From: Thermoproteota archaeon
GTDB lineage: Archaea; Korarchaeota; Korarchaeia; Korarchaeales; Korarchaeaceae
NCBI GenBank assembly: GCA_027491735.1
Contig: JAOZGP010000004.1
Coordinates: 1 to 64,000 of the forward strand
Length of the DNA: 64,000 bases
Direction of reading: 5' to 3'
Shown: positions 1 to 7,837 of the stretch, piece after piece
Position numbering within the stretch: the first letter of the stretch is position 1
How the letters are laid out: each line of letters starts with the position of its first letter
Made by a program: the position numbers and the translations under genes
Notes under the pieces: generated by a model
Database searches by the model: none
What the model saw: only the letters and a program-made list of their open reading frames with translations
What the model was told of the DNA's origin: nothing

Positions 1-87
1 GTGTGACGCATCCTTTATCCTTCCGGATCTTAGATTTTGAGTTCTTCGGAGGTGATCTCCGGCATGTGGGGCAAGTCCGAAGGAGAC

Positions 88-183
88 CTAACTGGTCCTC
101 GAAGCCCTCCGAAGGCCTGCTGTGACCCTATTCAATCCAAGCATCTCCGCTACCTTTCCAGCCCCATACAGCTTCATCTTCAT
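88..183 (-). pseudogene. N-terminal HTH remnant resembling IS607-family TnpA or a MerR-like HTH
   Basis: Translates MKMKLYGAGKVAEMLGLNRVT then stops after 31 aa; AT-rich promoter-like DNA upstream at 200-235. Confidence 0.35.
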
Positions 184-265
184 CCTATAAAATGCAACAA
201 AAGTATTTAAATATTACGAATATAATATTATACGTTCCTACCCCATTTATCCTTGGTGGCTGCCG

Positions 266-1207
266 TTGACAATCCTGATCCCTCAGGAGGAAGCTCTCCT
301 CAAGGCATCAGAACTAGTGCTTAAGGGAGAGGTTGTCGCCATACCCACGGACACCCTATACGGTCTAGCCGCTGATCCTACCAGGAGGGAACCCGTGAAG
401 AGACTTCTCCAGATGAAAGGGAGAAGGATTCCCGTCCCGATATTAGCTAGGTCGAAAGAGGAAGCCTTCTCACTTTGCAGAGATGTTCCGGAGGAGGCCG
501 AAGAGCTGGCGAGAATGTTCTGGCCTGGACCCCTGACCCTGATCCTCAGGAAAGGAGCGGATATCTGGAACGAGCTCTCCGGCAGGTGGAGGTTTATAGC
601 AGTAAGGGTTCCAGGTCATGAGTTCCCTGCGAGACTTATGCAAGCTGTGAGCGGGCCCATCACTGGTTCGAGCGCCAACCTGTCGGGTGGCCTGAGCCCA
701 TCAGAACCATCTCACGTAGTCGAGGAGGTTAGAGATCTTGTTCCCCTGATAGTGGATGGAGGACCGTGTCCTTTGGGGATAGAGTCCACTCTTCTGGACC
801 TGTCAGCCGGCAAGCCAACTCTCCTGAGGTATGGGGCCCTCCCTCTTGACGATATCGAGAAGATTATTCCAAGCGTCGAAATAAATGTGAAACCTCACAA
901 GAAGAATCCTGGAGTCGAGCTGATCATTATGGACATGCCTCTGGACGAAATTCCGAGGATTTTGAGGAAGGTGGCTCCATCCGACTCGGTGGTCCTGAGC
1001 TTCGGGAACTCTCACATATACGAGGGGATCGAGGTGGTGGATCTAACGTCCGATCTGAAAGAGGCAGCAAGGAGGCTCTACTCAACCCTTCGATCTCTCA
1101 GAGGAAGGAGAATTTACTGTGAACCCCTGGAAGAGGTGGGTCTCGGTCTTACACTCGTGAACGTGCTCAGATCCCTATCCTCGTTCACGATCAGAAGGCC
1201 TACTTGA
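266..1207 (+). CDS. sua5: Threonylcarbamoyl-AMP synthase (Sua5/TsaC with C-terminal SUA5 domain)
   Basis: Motifs PTDTLYGL, KGR, FWPGPLT, SANLSG, GIESTLLD. Confidence 0.92.
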   Translation: MTILIPQEEALLKASELVLKGEVVAIPTDTLYGLAADPTRREPVKRLLQMKGRRIPVPILARSKEEAFSLCRDVPEEAEELARMFWPGPLTLILRKGADIWNELSGRWRFIAVRVPGHEFPARLMQAVSGPITGSSANLSGGLSPSEPSHVVEEVRDLVPLIVDGGPCPLGIESTLLDLSAGKPTLLRYGALPLDDIEKIIPSVEINVKPHKKNPGVELIIMDMPLDEIPRILRKVAPSDSVVLSFGNSHIYEGIEVVDLTSDLKEAARRLYSTLRSLRGRRIYCEPLEEVGLGLTLVNVLRSLSSFTIRRPT

Positions 1208-1751
1208 TCTTGGGCAAATAGAGAAGGCAATCTCCCTTTCCAAGAACCTCAACGAGTCCTTCGATCTTGAAGAAAGCCACCAGAGCGCAGGCATAGGAGT
1301 CCAGCTCGTCTATGCTCTTGAGCTCTCCCTCGAGTCTGATCCCAGATATTTCCTCGAGTTTAAACCTGATCTCAGTTATTTCTCTCACTCTTTTCGGCCT
1401 CTTCAATCCCAGAGATCTGTAGATTCCTGTAGGATAAGTCTCTATAACCTCGATTCCTGCACTCTCAAGCCGAGATCTCAGTTCAATCCCTTTTTTCGTC
1501 AGCTCTCTCATGAACTTGAAGTTCGTCGGAAAGGCGCGAACCCCTTTCCTGAGGAGCTCCTTCTCACATGACCTCATCCCAGCCCCAGGTGTCAGCGGAG
1601 CATCTATAGCCACAATCCTTACGTCCTTAGATGTGATTATCTCGAACTCATCTCCCTTCCTTGTGAAAGTTTTAGCCCTACCTTCGCTGATGAAACAGTA
1701 GCTCGAAGCCTTCCTCAGTGCCAGATCGATGCCACAGATCAACGGAACCAC
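1200..1751 (-). CDS. DUF429-like predicted nuclease (RNase H fold)
   Basis: GIDLA, VAIDAPL, IETYP and DELDSYACA motifs. Confidence 0.75.
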   Translation of the reverse strand: MVPLICGIDLALRKASSYCFISEGRAKTFTRKGDEFEIITSKDVRIVAIDAPLTPGAGMRSCEKELLRKGVRAFPTNFKFMRELTKKGIELRSRLESAGIEVIETYPTGIYRSLGLKRPKRVREITEIRFKLEEISGIRLEGELKSIDELDSYACALVAFFKIEGLVEVLGKGDCLLYLPKIK

Positions 1752-2263
1752 CTCATTTTCCTGGCTTTGGGTAAAAGGAGGGCAACGCAGAATGAAGTGC
1801 TTATCTCCGTTGTGGGCCCGGGAGCTATGAGGGAACCACCCATCACCGGCACGAACAGCCCTATGACACCAACCATGAGGGCCTCCATGGGTTTCAGACC
1901 AAGCATCGCATAGAGGATCGTTGAGTTAGTGACGTCAAAGACAAATTCTGAGATCAGACAGAGAACAAAGATCTTCGATGAATCATCCGTTTGAACGTGG
2001 CTCCACAGCCCTCCCAGAAATCCGCACAAGATAGAGTTGACTACAGTCCACGGGCCAAAGCCCAGGAAGAGGTCGGAGAGAAGATAACCCAGCACACCTG
2101 TGGTCAGGCCCACCGGCGCTCCCTCGGAGGAGGATATCAGAGCCATCATGAAGGGGAAGTTTATGAACTGCGCTGGACCGACAAGGAAGTTCTTTGCCAG
2201 TCTGAGAGCTACACCAAGGGAGCTGTACATGCCAACCGATGCTGCAAACCTGGATTTGTTCAA
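1739..2263 (-). CDS. ECF transporter S-component-like membrane protein
   Basis: About 5-6 hydrophobic segments with SDLFLGFGPWT motif. Confidence 0.6.
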   Translation of the reverse strand: MNKSRFAASVGMYSSLGVALRLAKNFLVGPAQFINFPFMMALISSSEGAPVGLTTGVLGYLLSDLFLGFGPWTVVNSILCGFLGGLWSHVQTDDSSKIFVLCLISEFVFDVTNSTILYAMLGLKPMEALMVGVIGLFVPVMGGSLIAPGPTTEISTSFCVALLLPKARKMRWFR

Positions 2264-2319
2264 GCGAGCTCCCAGAGACCGCTCCAGCCCCTAATTTAAA
2301 AATTTTTAGTAAATTTAAT

Positions 2320-3698
2320 TTAACCTTTAATTGAGTATTCAATCTTCTTCTTTTCAAATTCCCCTGGAGACATTCTATGAAGTAAATCGGCAATTTTGCC
2401 TTAGCTCTATCACAAAATCCATTATCATTTTTAAATCTTCCTTCTCAAATTGTTTGTTTGGGAATAATATTTTTGTCAAGCCAGAAGCGAGTCTATATAC
2501 ACCGATTTCATCTCTAATTGTAACATTGCTTAATTCAATCATTGAGCGAATTAATGGCGTAAAGTCCATTTTTCTTAACTCATGTAAAATCTCAGAAAAG
2601 TAATCAACAGAGAAACCGTAGTTCTTTGAAAGGTGTATTTCACTCTTCTTGATTTTAGGTATTTCCCAACCCGGAATTACTCCGTGGATTCTGTCAAGAA
2701 ATGCCGTGTCATTTCTCATGAATTCAGGTAGAGCATAATTAATATCTTCTGCTGGAACATAGCCACTAACTTCTATGTTTCCCATAAAAACTAGAGAGCA
2801 TAAGGAAGTTGCTTTTTTAGGTCCTCTTTCAAAATGCCCATCAACCATATAATCTTTAAGTTTACCCATTAATCTTTAAGTTTACCCATCATTTCCTCCG
2901 GATGAGGAAATCTAACTTTTGCTACTTCATCAAAAACAATGCAATCCTTTAATCCTATTTCTCCTATGGTTCTTCTTGCTATATTGTAAAACAATTGTGC
3001 TGGAGTTACAACTCCACCAGAAATTATCCTTGTGTAGAACGAAATATTTCTATAGAAATAAGTTTTTCCCGTGGCTCTAGGTCCAAATTCCATTAAATTT
3101 ACATTGTTCTCAACCAAAGGAATAAACCTACTTATCAGAATAAGCTTTTGCTTTTCTGTATATACCTCAGGATTTAAACCAACAGTATTTATTAAAACAT
3201 TCATCCATTCTTTGAGAGTAAAATATTCCCTTTTTTCTATGAATTCTTTTAAATCCACATTAGCAACATGAAATGGTTCAAATTTTTCAACGATTACTGG
3301 TAAAGTTATAGGCTTGCCTTTACTATCAACTATAGGATCACAATATCTTAAAGTAGCTAATCCCCATATCCCCGTTGAAAGCAATTGCTCATTTTTCTCA
3401 ACAACCTCATCGGAAATCATAACATTCCTTAAATTCAAGCTTGGAATTACAGCCTTCCTTATTTCGTGTTTTTCATCAACCTCAACTTTTATTTCATCGA
3501 TTATTTTGTGAGATAGTTTTTGATTATTATCTTATCCAGAATTCTATCCTTATCTTTTGGTTCCGGATAAAGGGTATTTACAAGCTCCATAACTTTCATC
3601 AATTTTTCGTTGAACACCACAGGATCGCTTTCCTCAGAAATCTTTGTTAACAAATGCTCTGCAACAAATTTCGGAACTCTTTTAATTTCCCGACACAC
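2320..3698 (-). pseudogene. brxL: BREX BrxL-like AAA+/MCM-type ATPase without Lon domain, disrupted
   Basis: PKFVAEHLL, EWMNVLINTVGLNP, Walker A GPRATGKT, FDEVA, LKDYM-G-FERG, AFLDRIHG-IPGWEIPK; frameshifts near 3503 and 2392 plus a 20-bp duplication; true C-terminus IADLLHRMSPGEFEKKKIEYSIKG* ends at 2320; strongly AT-rich. Confidence 0.85.
2850..2889. repeat. Perfect 20-bp tandem duplication TAATCTTTAAGTTTACCCAT x2
   Basis: Read directly; creates MGKLKD* followed by MGKLKDYM in brxL. Confidence 0.97.
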
Positions 3699-3709
3699 AT
3701 TGATGCTGG

Positions 3710-5002
3710 ATGACTGCTAGGGTGATCACCTCCGGGTTAGCCGTCGTCCTCTACTCCTACCTCAGGTCAGGGGTTCATCAGCCCCTGGCAGACCTCATCT
3801 TCATAGCCGCACTCATCCTCTCCAACATCCCCTCAGGGGAGAGGCTCCCCAGCACCGACGCTGGTGTCCTTATCAACATGACTGCAGGCTTCATCCTCGC
3901 GCTGCTGTTAGCCCTCGTGAGCAACATGTATGGAGGCCTCGTGGTGGGGTTCCTTGAGGAGATGGGCGTGAGGGTCAGCATCGACCTGAGCTTCCTCCTC
4001 CCCCTAGCATATACGGTCTCCCTTCCCCTCGCCCTCGCGATGATCTCCCTCCTCAGGAAGCTTCCCCTCTACACCGCCTGCCTGGTGATCCTGCTTAAGG
4101 ACGATGACAAGTGGAGAGTGCTCACGGGAGGCAGTAAGGAGAAGTACCTGCAGTTCTCGAGGTTAAGGACCTTCAGGGCCATACTTGAGGGGAGTGAGAG
4201 GGAGAGGTGGTCAAAATCAACCAATCTAGTGATTCAGATGTACTTCAAAGCCTATCCTCTAGCTGATAGGGTTCCTTGGGCGCTCATGGAGCCAGCAGAT
4301 GGAGGTAGGGGAACCGTGTACGTAGGTTTCGATGTCTCTAGGAGATTCATGCCTGCTGGACCGCTGGAAACCCTGAGGGAGAGGGTGGAAGTTGCGGTCA
4401 GGGCGGCCATATGCGATCCTAGGGGAACGGTCGTCAGGATGAAGACGATAAAGGGAGCTAGAGGCGAGGTCTTGGGATATCACCTAACGAAAGGTCTTCT
4501 GGAAAATGTAGTCGATGAGTCAAAGGCCGTACTCGGGAGCGAACCTAAGAGGCTCGTGCTGATGAAGGACGGGAGGGTCGGAAGGGCGGAAAGGGAACTC
4601 GTGAAGGAGGGTATCGGAGAGTTCTCCTCGAGTACTGGGATCCAAGTGGAGCTCTACTCGGTGGAGAAGAGGATCGTTGAACGAATATACAAGGGAGTCG
4701 GGTCGCCCACCCCAGGAACCTACGTCAAACTCTCGGATGGCAGCCTCCTCTTGGTATCTTCCCTCCCTCCCGGGGGTCATCCCCAGCCCCTGAGGATAAC
4801 TAGGATCCTAGCCGCTCCCGAGGGATCCGGGCCGAGGATAGAGGAGTTCGCCCGAGAGTTCTTCCACCTGTCCCATCTCCACTGGCAGTCAATGTTCTCC
4901 AAGATAAAGACGGCCTTGCCACTCAAGGTAGTTCAGGAGATAGGAGAGTTCGCCACTAAGGGGGTGGATATTCCCAATGTGGTCGGATACCTGCCCCTGT
5001 AG
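3710..5002 (+). CDS. Membrane-helix N-terminus fused to a prokaryotic Argonaute MID-PIWI module
   Basis: About 120 aa hydrophobic N-terminus, then NLVIQMYFKA..PWAL, VYVGFDVSR, GE, LVLMKDGR, SVEKR, PGTYV, PQPLRI, FHLSHLHWQS and C-terminal YLPL, all PIWI-like. Confidence 0.8.
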   Translation: MTARVITSGLAVVLYSYLRSGVHQPLADLIFIAALILSNIPSGERLPSTDAGVLINMTAGFILALLLALVSNMYGGLVVGFLEEMGVRVSIDLSFLLPLAYTVSLPLALAMISLLRKLPLYTACLVILLKDDDKWRVLTGGSKEKYLQFSRLRTFRAILEGSERERWSKSTNLVIQMYFKAYPLADRVPWALMEPADGGRGTVYVGFDVSRRFMPAGPLETLRERVEVAVRAAICDPRGTVVRMKTIKGARGEVLGYHLTKGLLENVVDESKAVLGSEPKRLVLMKDGRVGRAERELVKEGIGEFSSSTGIQVELYSVEKRIVERIYKGVGSPTPGTYVKLSDGSLLLVSSLPPGGHPQPLRITRILAAPEGSGPRIEEFAREFFHLSHLHWQSMFSKIKTALPLKVVQEIGEFATKGVDIPNVVGYLPL

Positions 5003-5071
5003 ATGGAAGGTAATTTATCTCGCCGCTCATCGCATCTAATTTTTATTTCAATACCGGTGAGGTGGTTAGAT

Positions 5072-6298
5072 ATGTCACCATCTGCCCGATTTATTGATGA
5101 TATTTATGGGGCCCTCCGGAGGCTGGCCCCCATCCTAGGGGGCAGGGATGTGGGGGGCGCTGGCGCGCTCGCTAGGGAGGTCAGGAGGAGGAAATCACTA
5201 ATAGAATCTAAGAGGAGGGAGATCAGAAAGCTGGAGGCCGAGGCCCAGAAGCTGTCCAGCCCCCTGTACACCGGAGCTCCTATGGTCTTGGGACTCCTGC
5301 TCATCGCCCTCGGTGCACTGCTCGGAATCACATCCCCGGCGGGTCTGCCTTCCCTTCTGATGGGCCTATCGGTAGCAGTTGCTGGTCCCGTGCTCGTGAG
5401 GTGGCGAACCTCTGATCGGAGGAGGCGGGCGTATCGGCTTCGCGATGAGCTGAAGACCATGGTCCCGGAGGAGGGATCACTGGAGGAAAAGAGGAGGGCA
5501 GTAAAGAAGACTGAGAGGGAGATAAACTCGTTAAGGCGGGAAATAGGGGAACTGAAGGCGGTAATAGAGGATCTCAGGCGCAAAATAAGCGGGATCCTCG
5601 AGGAGGTTGGAGGAGACCCCGAGGAACTTCTCAGTGAAGTGGAGCGGGATCTGAAGGGATTGGACGTGACGATAAAAGAGAAGGGGGAACAGAAGGAGAA
5701 GCTTGAGGGGGAGATAAAGAAGATTGAGGAGGACAAGAGGAGATTAGAAGAGTTGGAGGAGGAGCTAAGGGAGAAGGAGGCTAAGCTGGGGGAGCTGGAC
5801 AGGAAGCTCGAGATCACCAATTTGGCGATAGAGCTCATCGGTAAGGTGACTGAATCGGTCTGGAGGAGCGTTGCTCCCTCTATAGAGGCGAACATGGGCA
5901 AGTTCCTGAACAGGATAACCCTGGGCAGGTACTACAGGGTGAAGGTAGGTGAGGAGGACTGGAGCGTCAAGGTTTACGTGCCCGAGAGGGCTGCTGCCGG
6001 CCAGGATCCGTACGTCAGCATGTTCAGGATGTCCGGGGGTACGCAGGATCAGGTGACCTTAGCACTGAGGCTCGCCGTCATCACGTCCCTGGTGGGGAGG
6101 GGAGCCAACTGGCCTGAATTCCTTATTCTAGACGAGGTCCTAGGCGCTACTGACGATAGGAGGAGGGAGGGCGCAATGGAGCTGTTGAAGAGCTTGAGGC
6201 AGCAGTTCCCCCAGATAATAATGATAACGCATCAGGAGGATGTTGCTGGGATGGCGGACGTCGTGGTGAGGGTGGATAACGGGGAGATCGCGAGATGA
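5072..6298 (+). CDS. Rad50/SbcC/SMC-like ATPase C-terminal half with two hydrophobic helices, lacking Walker A
   Basis: Long coiled coil, signature MSGGTQDQVTLALRLA, Walker B FLILDEVLGATD, ITH switch; RBS GGTGAGGTGG before ATG 5072 (ORF track opens at 5003). Confidence 0.8.
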   Translation: MSPSARFIDDIYGALRRLAPILGGRDVGGAGALAREVRRRKSLIESKRREIRKLEAEAQKLSSPLYTGAPMVLGLLLIALGALLGITSPAGLPSLLMGLSVAVAGPVLVRWRTSDRRRRAYRLRDELKTMVPEEGSLEEKRRAVKKTEREINSLRREIGELKAVIEDLRRKISGILEEVGGDPEELLSEVERDLKGLDVTIKEKGEQKEKLEGEIKKIEEDKRRLEELEEELREKEAKLGELDRKLEITNLAIELIGKVTESVWRSVAPSIEANMGKFLNRITLGRYYRVKVGEEDWSVKVYVPERAAAGQDPYVSMFRMSGGTQDQVTLALRLAVITSLVGRGANWPEFLILDEVLGATDDRRREGAMELLKSLRQQFPQIIMITHQEDVAGMADVVVRVDNGEIAR

Positions 6299-6360
6299 GC
6301 ACTATCCTACGGAGATTGTGGGAGTGGAGGCTCAAGAGACCGTATTACAGGGTGTTACTT

Positions 6361-6405
6361 AATGGAGACCGCGCGAGACGCGTAATACTCACACGCGTCT
6401 CCATT
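6361..6405. other. Nested inverted repeat or hairpin
   Basis: AATGGAGAC/GTCTCCATT outer arms and GAGACGCGT/ACGCGTCTC inner arms. Confidence 0.6.
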
Positions 6406-6427
6406 CCGGCACCGTGTACGCTGGTAA

Positions 6428-6511
6428 TTCTCCCTTCCCATACTGGGATTTAATATAGAAGCGCCCAACACAGCTATGGACCCGATTCTCTCCCTTCCCA
6501 TACTGGGATTC
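6428..6511 (-). CRISPR. Single-spacer CRISPR-like mini-array (24-nt repeats, 36-nt spacer)
   Basis: Repeats 6488-6511 GAATCCCAGTATGGGAAGGGAGAG and 6428-6451 (22/24 identical) with 60-bp period; TCCCA/TGGGA stem; spacer 6452-6487; located downstream of csf3-like gene. Confidence 0.7.
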
Positions 6512-6535
6512 CGACCCTCTATTCTCCCTTTCATC

Positions 6536-6552
6536 ATTAATAAGCTTTCTCT
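6536..6552 (-). promoter_or_regulatory. BRE/TATA-like promoter of the mini-array leader
   Basis: AGAGAAAGCTTATTAA on the minus strand about 25 nt before the first repeat. Confidence 0.55.
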
Positions 6553-6647
6553 TCCGAGATCTTCCTCGAATCACTTCGCTACCATAGGACTTGTATTGAA
6601 GTATATAAGGAGCAGCGAGAGCATTGGTAATCCTCCTGCACGGACAG

Positions 6648-7462
6648 TTACCTCGGCTCGAAGACGGTCCACGCGTCGTAGCAGGGAACCCCCCTCCTGT
6701 CATAGGGAAAGTTGACAGGCCTTATCACAATGCCAGGATCGAACCTGGGTTCGAGCTCCACGGCACCGACGGGTATGTGCCTGATAGACAGAATTTTCTC
6801 ACCAAGCCTGATGAAGAGGGGCTCGAACCCCTCCACCACATCCACTTTCCAAGAAAGTAGTGCTGCGTCCACGTCCACGAACAGGTACTGCATGAGGATC
6901 TCCACCTCATCGCGTATCCCGTAGGCCAGGAACGCTATCTCGTTGGAGAGCGGAGAGAGGTAGACGTTCCTGAACGACTTGTAGGGGCCGCTCCTCTCGC
7001 TCCTCCCGGTGAGGGGGTCGCCTGGACGGGTCAGGGTTACCCTGTTGCCGATCTGATGGCCCCAGATAGGCCCCAAGTCCCCGCGCACCCTCCAGGATGA
7101 GGGGTTCACCTCCACCAGGCGTCCCTCGAGGGGGATCATCAGGCCGTCAGCGTAATTGATGGGGTAGGAGTAGGAGAAGAGCTTGTAGCTCCCCAGGTGG
7201 ACGTGCTTTATGGGCAGCGGGAGGACCTTCAGGTTCCCCCTCTTGGTCTTGTAGGTGTATGGCCTGACTCCTCAACCGTTACACCCAGCTCCTCGGCCAC
7301 CCTCATCCTCTGGGCCCTGGCTAGCCTCGAGTCCAGGGGGATGAACCTGAATCTGGGCGCCCTGGAGAGCCGGAGGGTTATGAGGAGAGGCTTGTAAGTG
7401 CTCCTCAGGTAATCAAGCATCAGCTCCTTCAGCCTCTCCCTCGCCCTTTCCCTCTCACTCAC
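6648..7462 (-). pseudogene. csf3: Type IV CRISPR Csf3 (Cas5-group RAMP), frameshifted
   Basis: Joined reading KPLLITLRL..IPLDSRLARA..LPLPIKHV..FSYSYPI..SGPYKSFR..IAFLAYGIRDEVEILM..IRHIP..IRPVNFPY matches the Csf3 motif order; one-base shift near 7268; GRGRS G-loop lies in an alternate frame at 6876-6862. Confidence 0.65.
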
Positions 7463-7835
7463 GCAACCACACCTCGAACTCCTTGATCCTGGCCTCTACC
7501 TCCTGGATATCCTCTCTGGTAGCCCTGTCCCCCAGGGAGAATCCGTCCTGGGTGAGAAGGAGATATTTAGGTAGCTCTCCAGGCCTGCTCACCCTTAGAA
7601 CCCACCCAAGCAGCTTCGTCTCCCCCTTGCCGGCGGACCTCCCCCTCCCCACTAAGTACCTAGATCCGGCAGACTTCCTCAGGGCTGAGAGGAACAGGCC
7701 CTCCGCAACCCCGCTCACCGGCCTCTCCCTCGAATACGAGGTGGAAGCCGGGCTCGCCCTGGCAGCTTCCTTCCTCACCCACTTCATAGAGCCAGTATTC
7801 CTAACACCAATGGCCGTCCTCGCGCGAGTTCGGGC
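7455..7835 (-). pseudogene. csf2: Type IV CRISPR Csf2 (Cas7-group RAMP), C-terminal fragment
   Basis: EGLFLSAL followed by G-rich loop LVGRGRSAGKG; stop overlaps csf3 start; 5' part lost at the junction with the opposite-strand gene. Confidence 0.55.
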
Positions 7836-7837
7836 TG

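Noticed and set aside
5104-5901. Long antisense ORFs (this one, 23956-24534, 42834-43421 and similar)
   Set aside because: Ser/Leu-rich shadow frames of purine-rich genes on the opposite strand
6511-6540. C/D-box or TIGR-like RNA suggested by ATGATGA in the leader
   Set aside because: No CTGA D boxes at suitable spacing; repeat-spacer geometry fits CRISPR better
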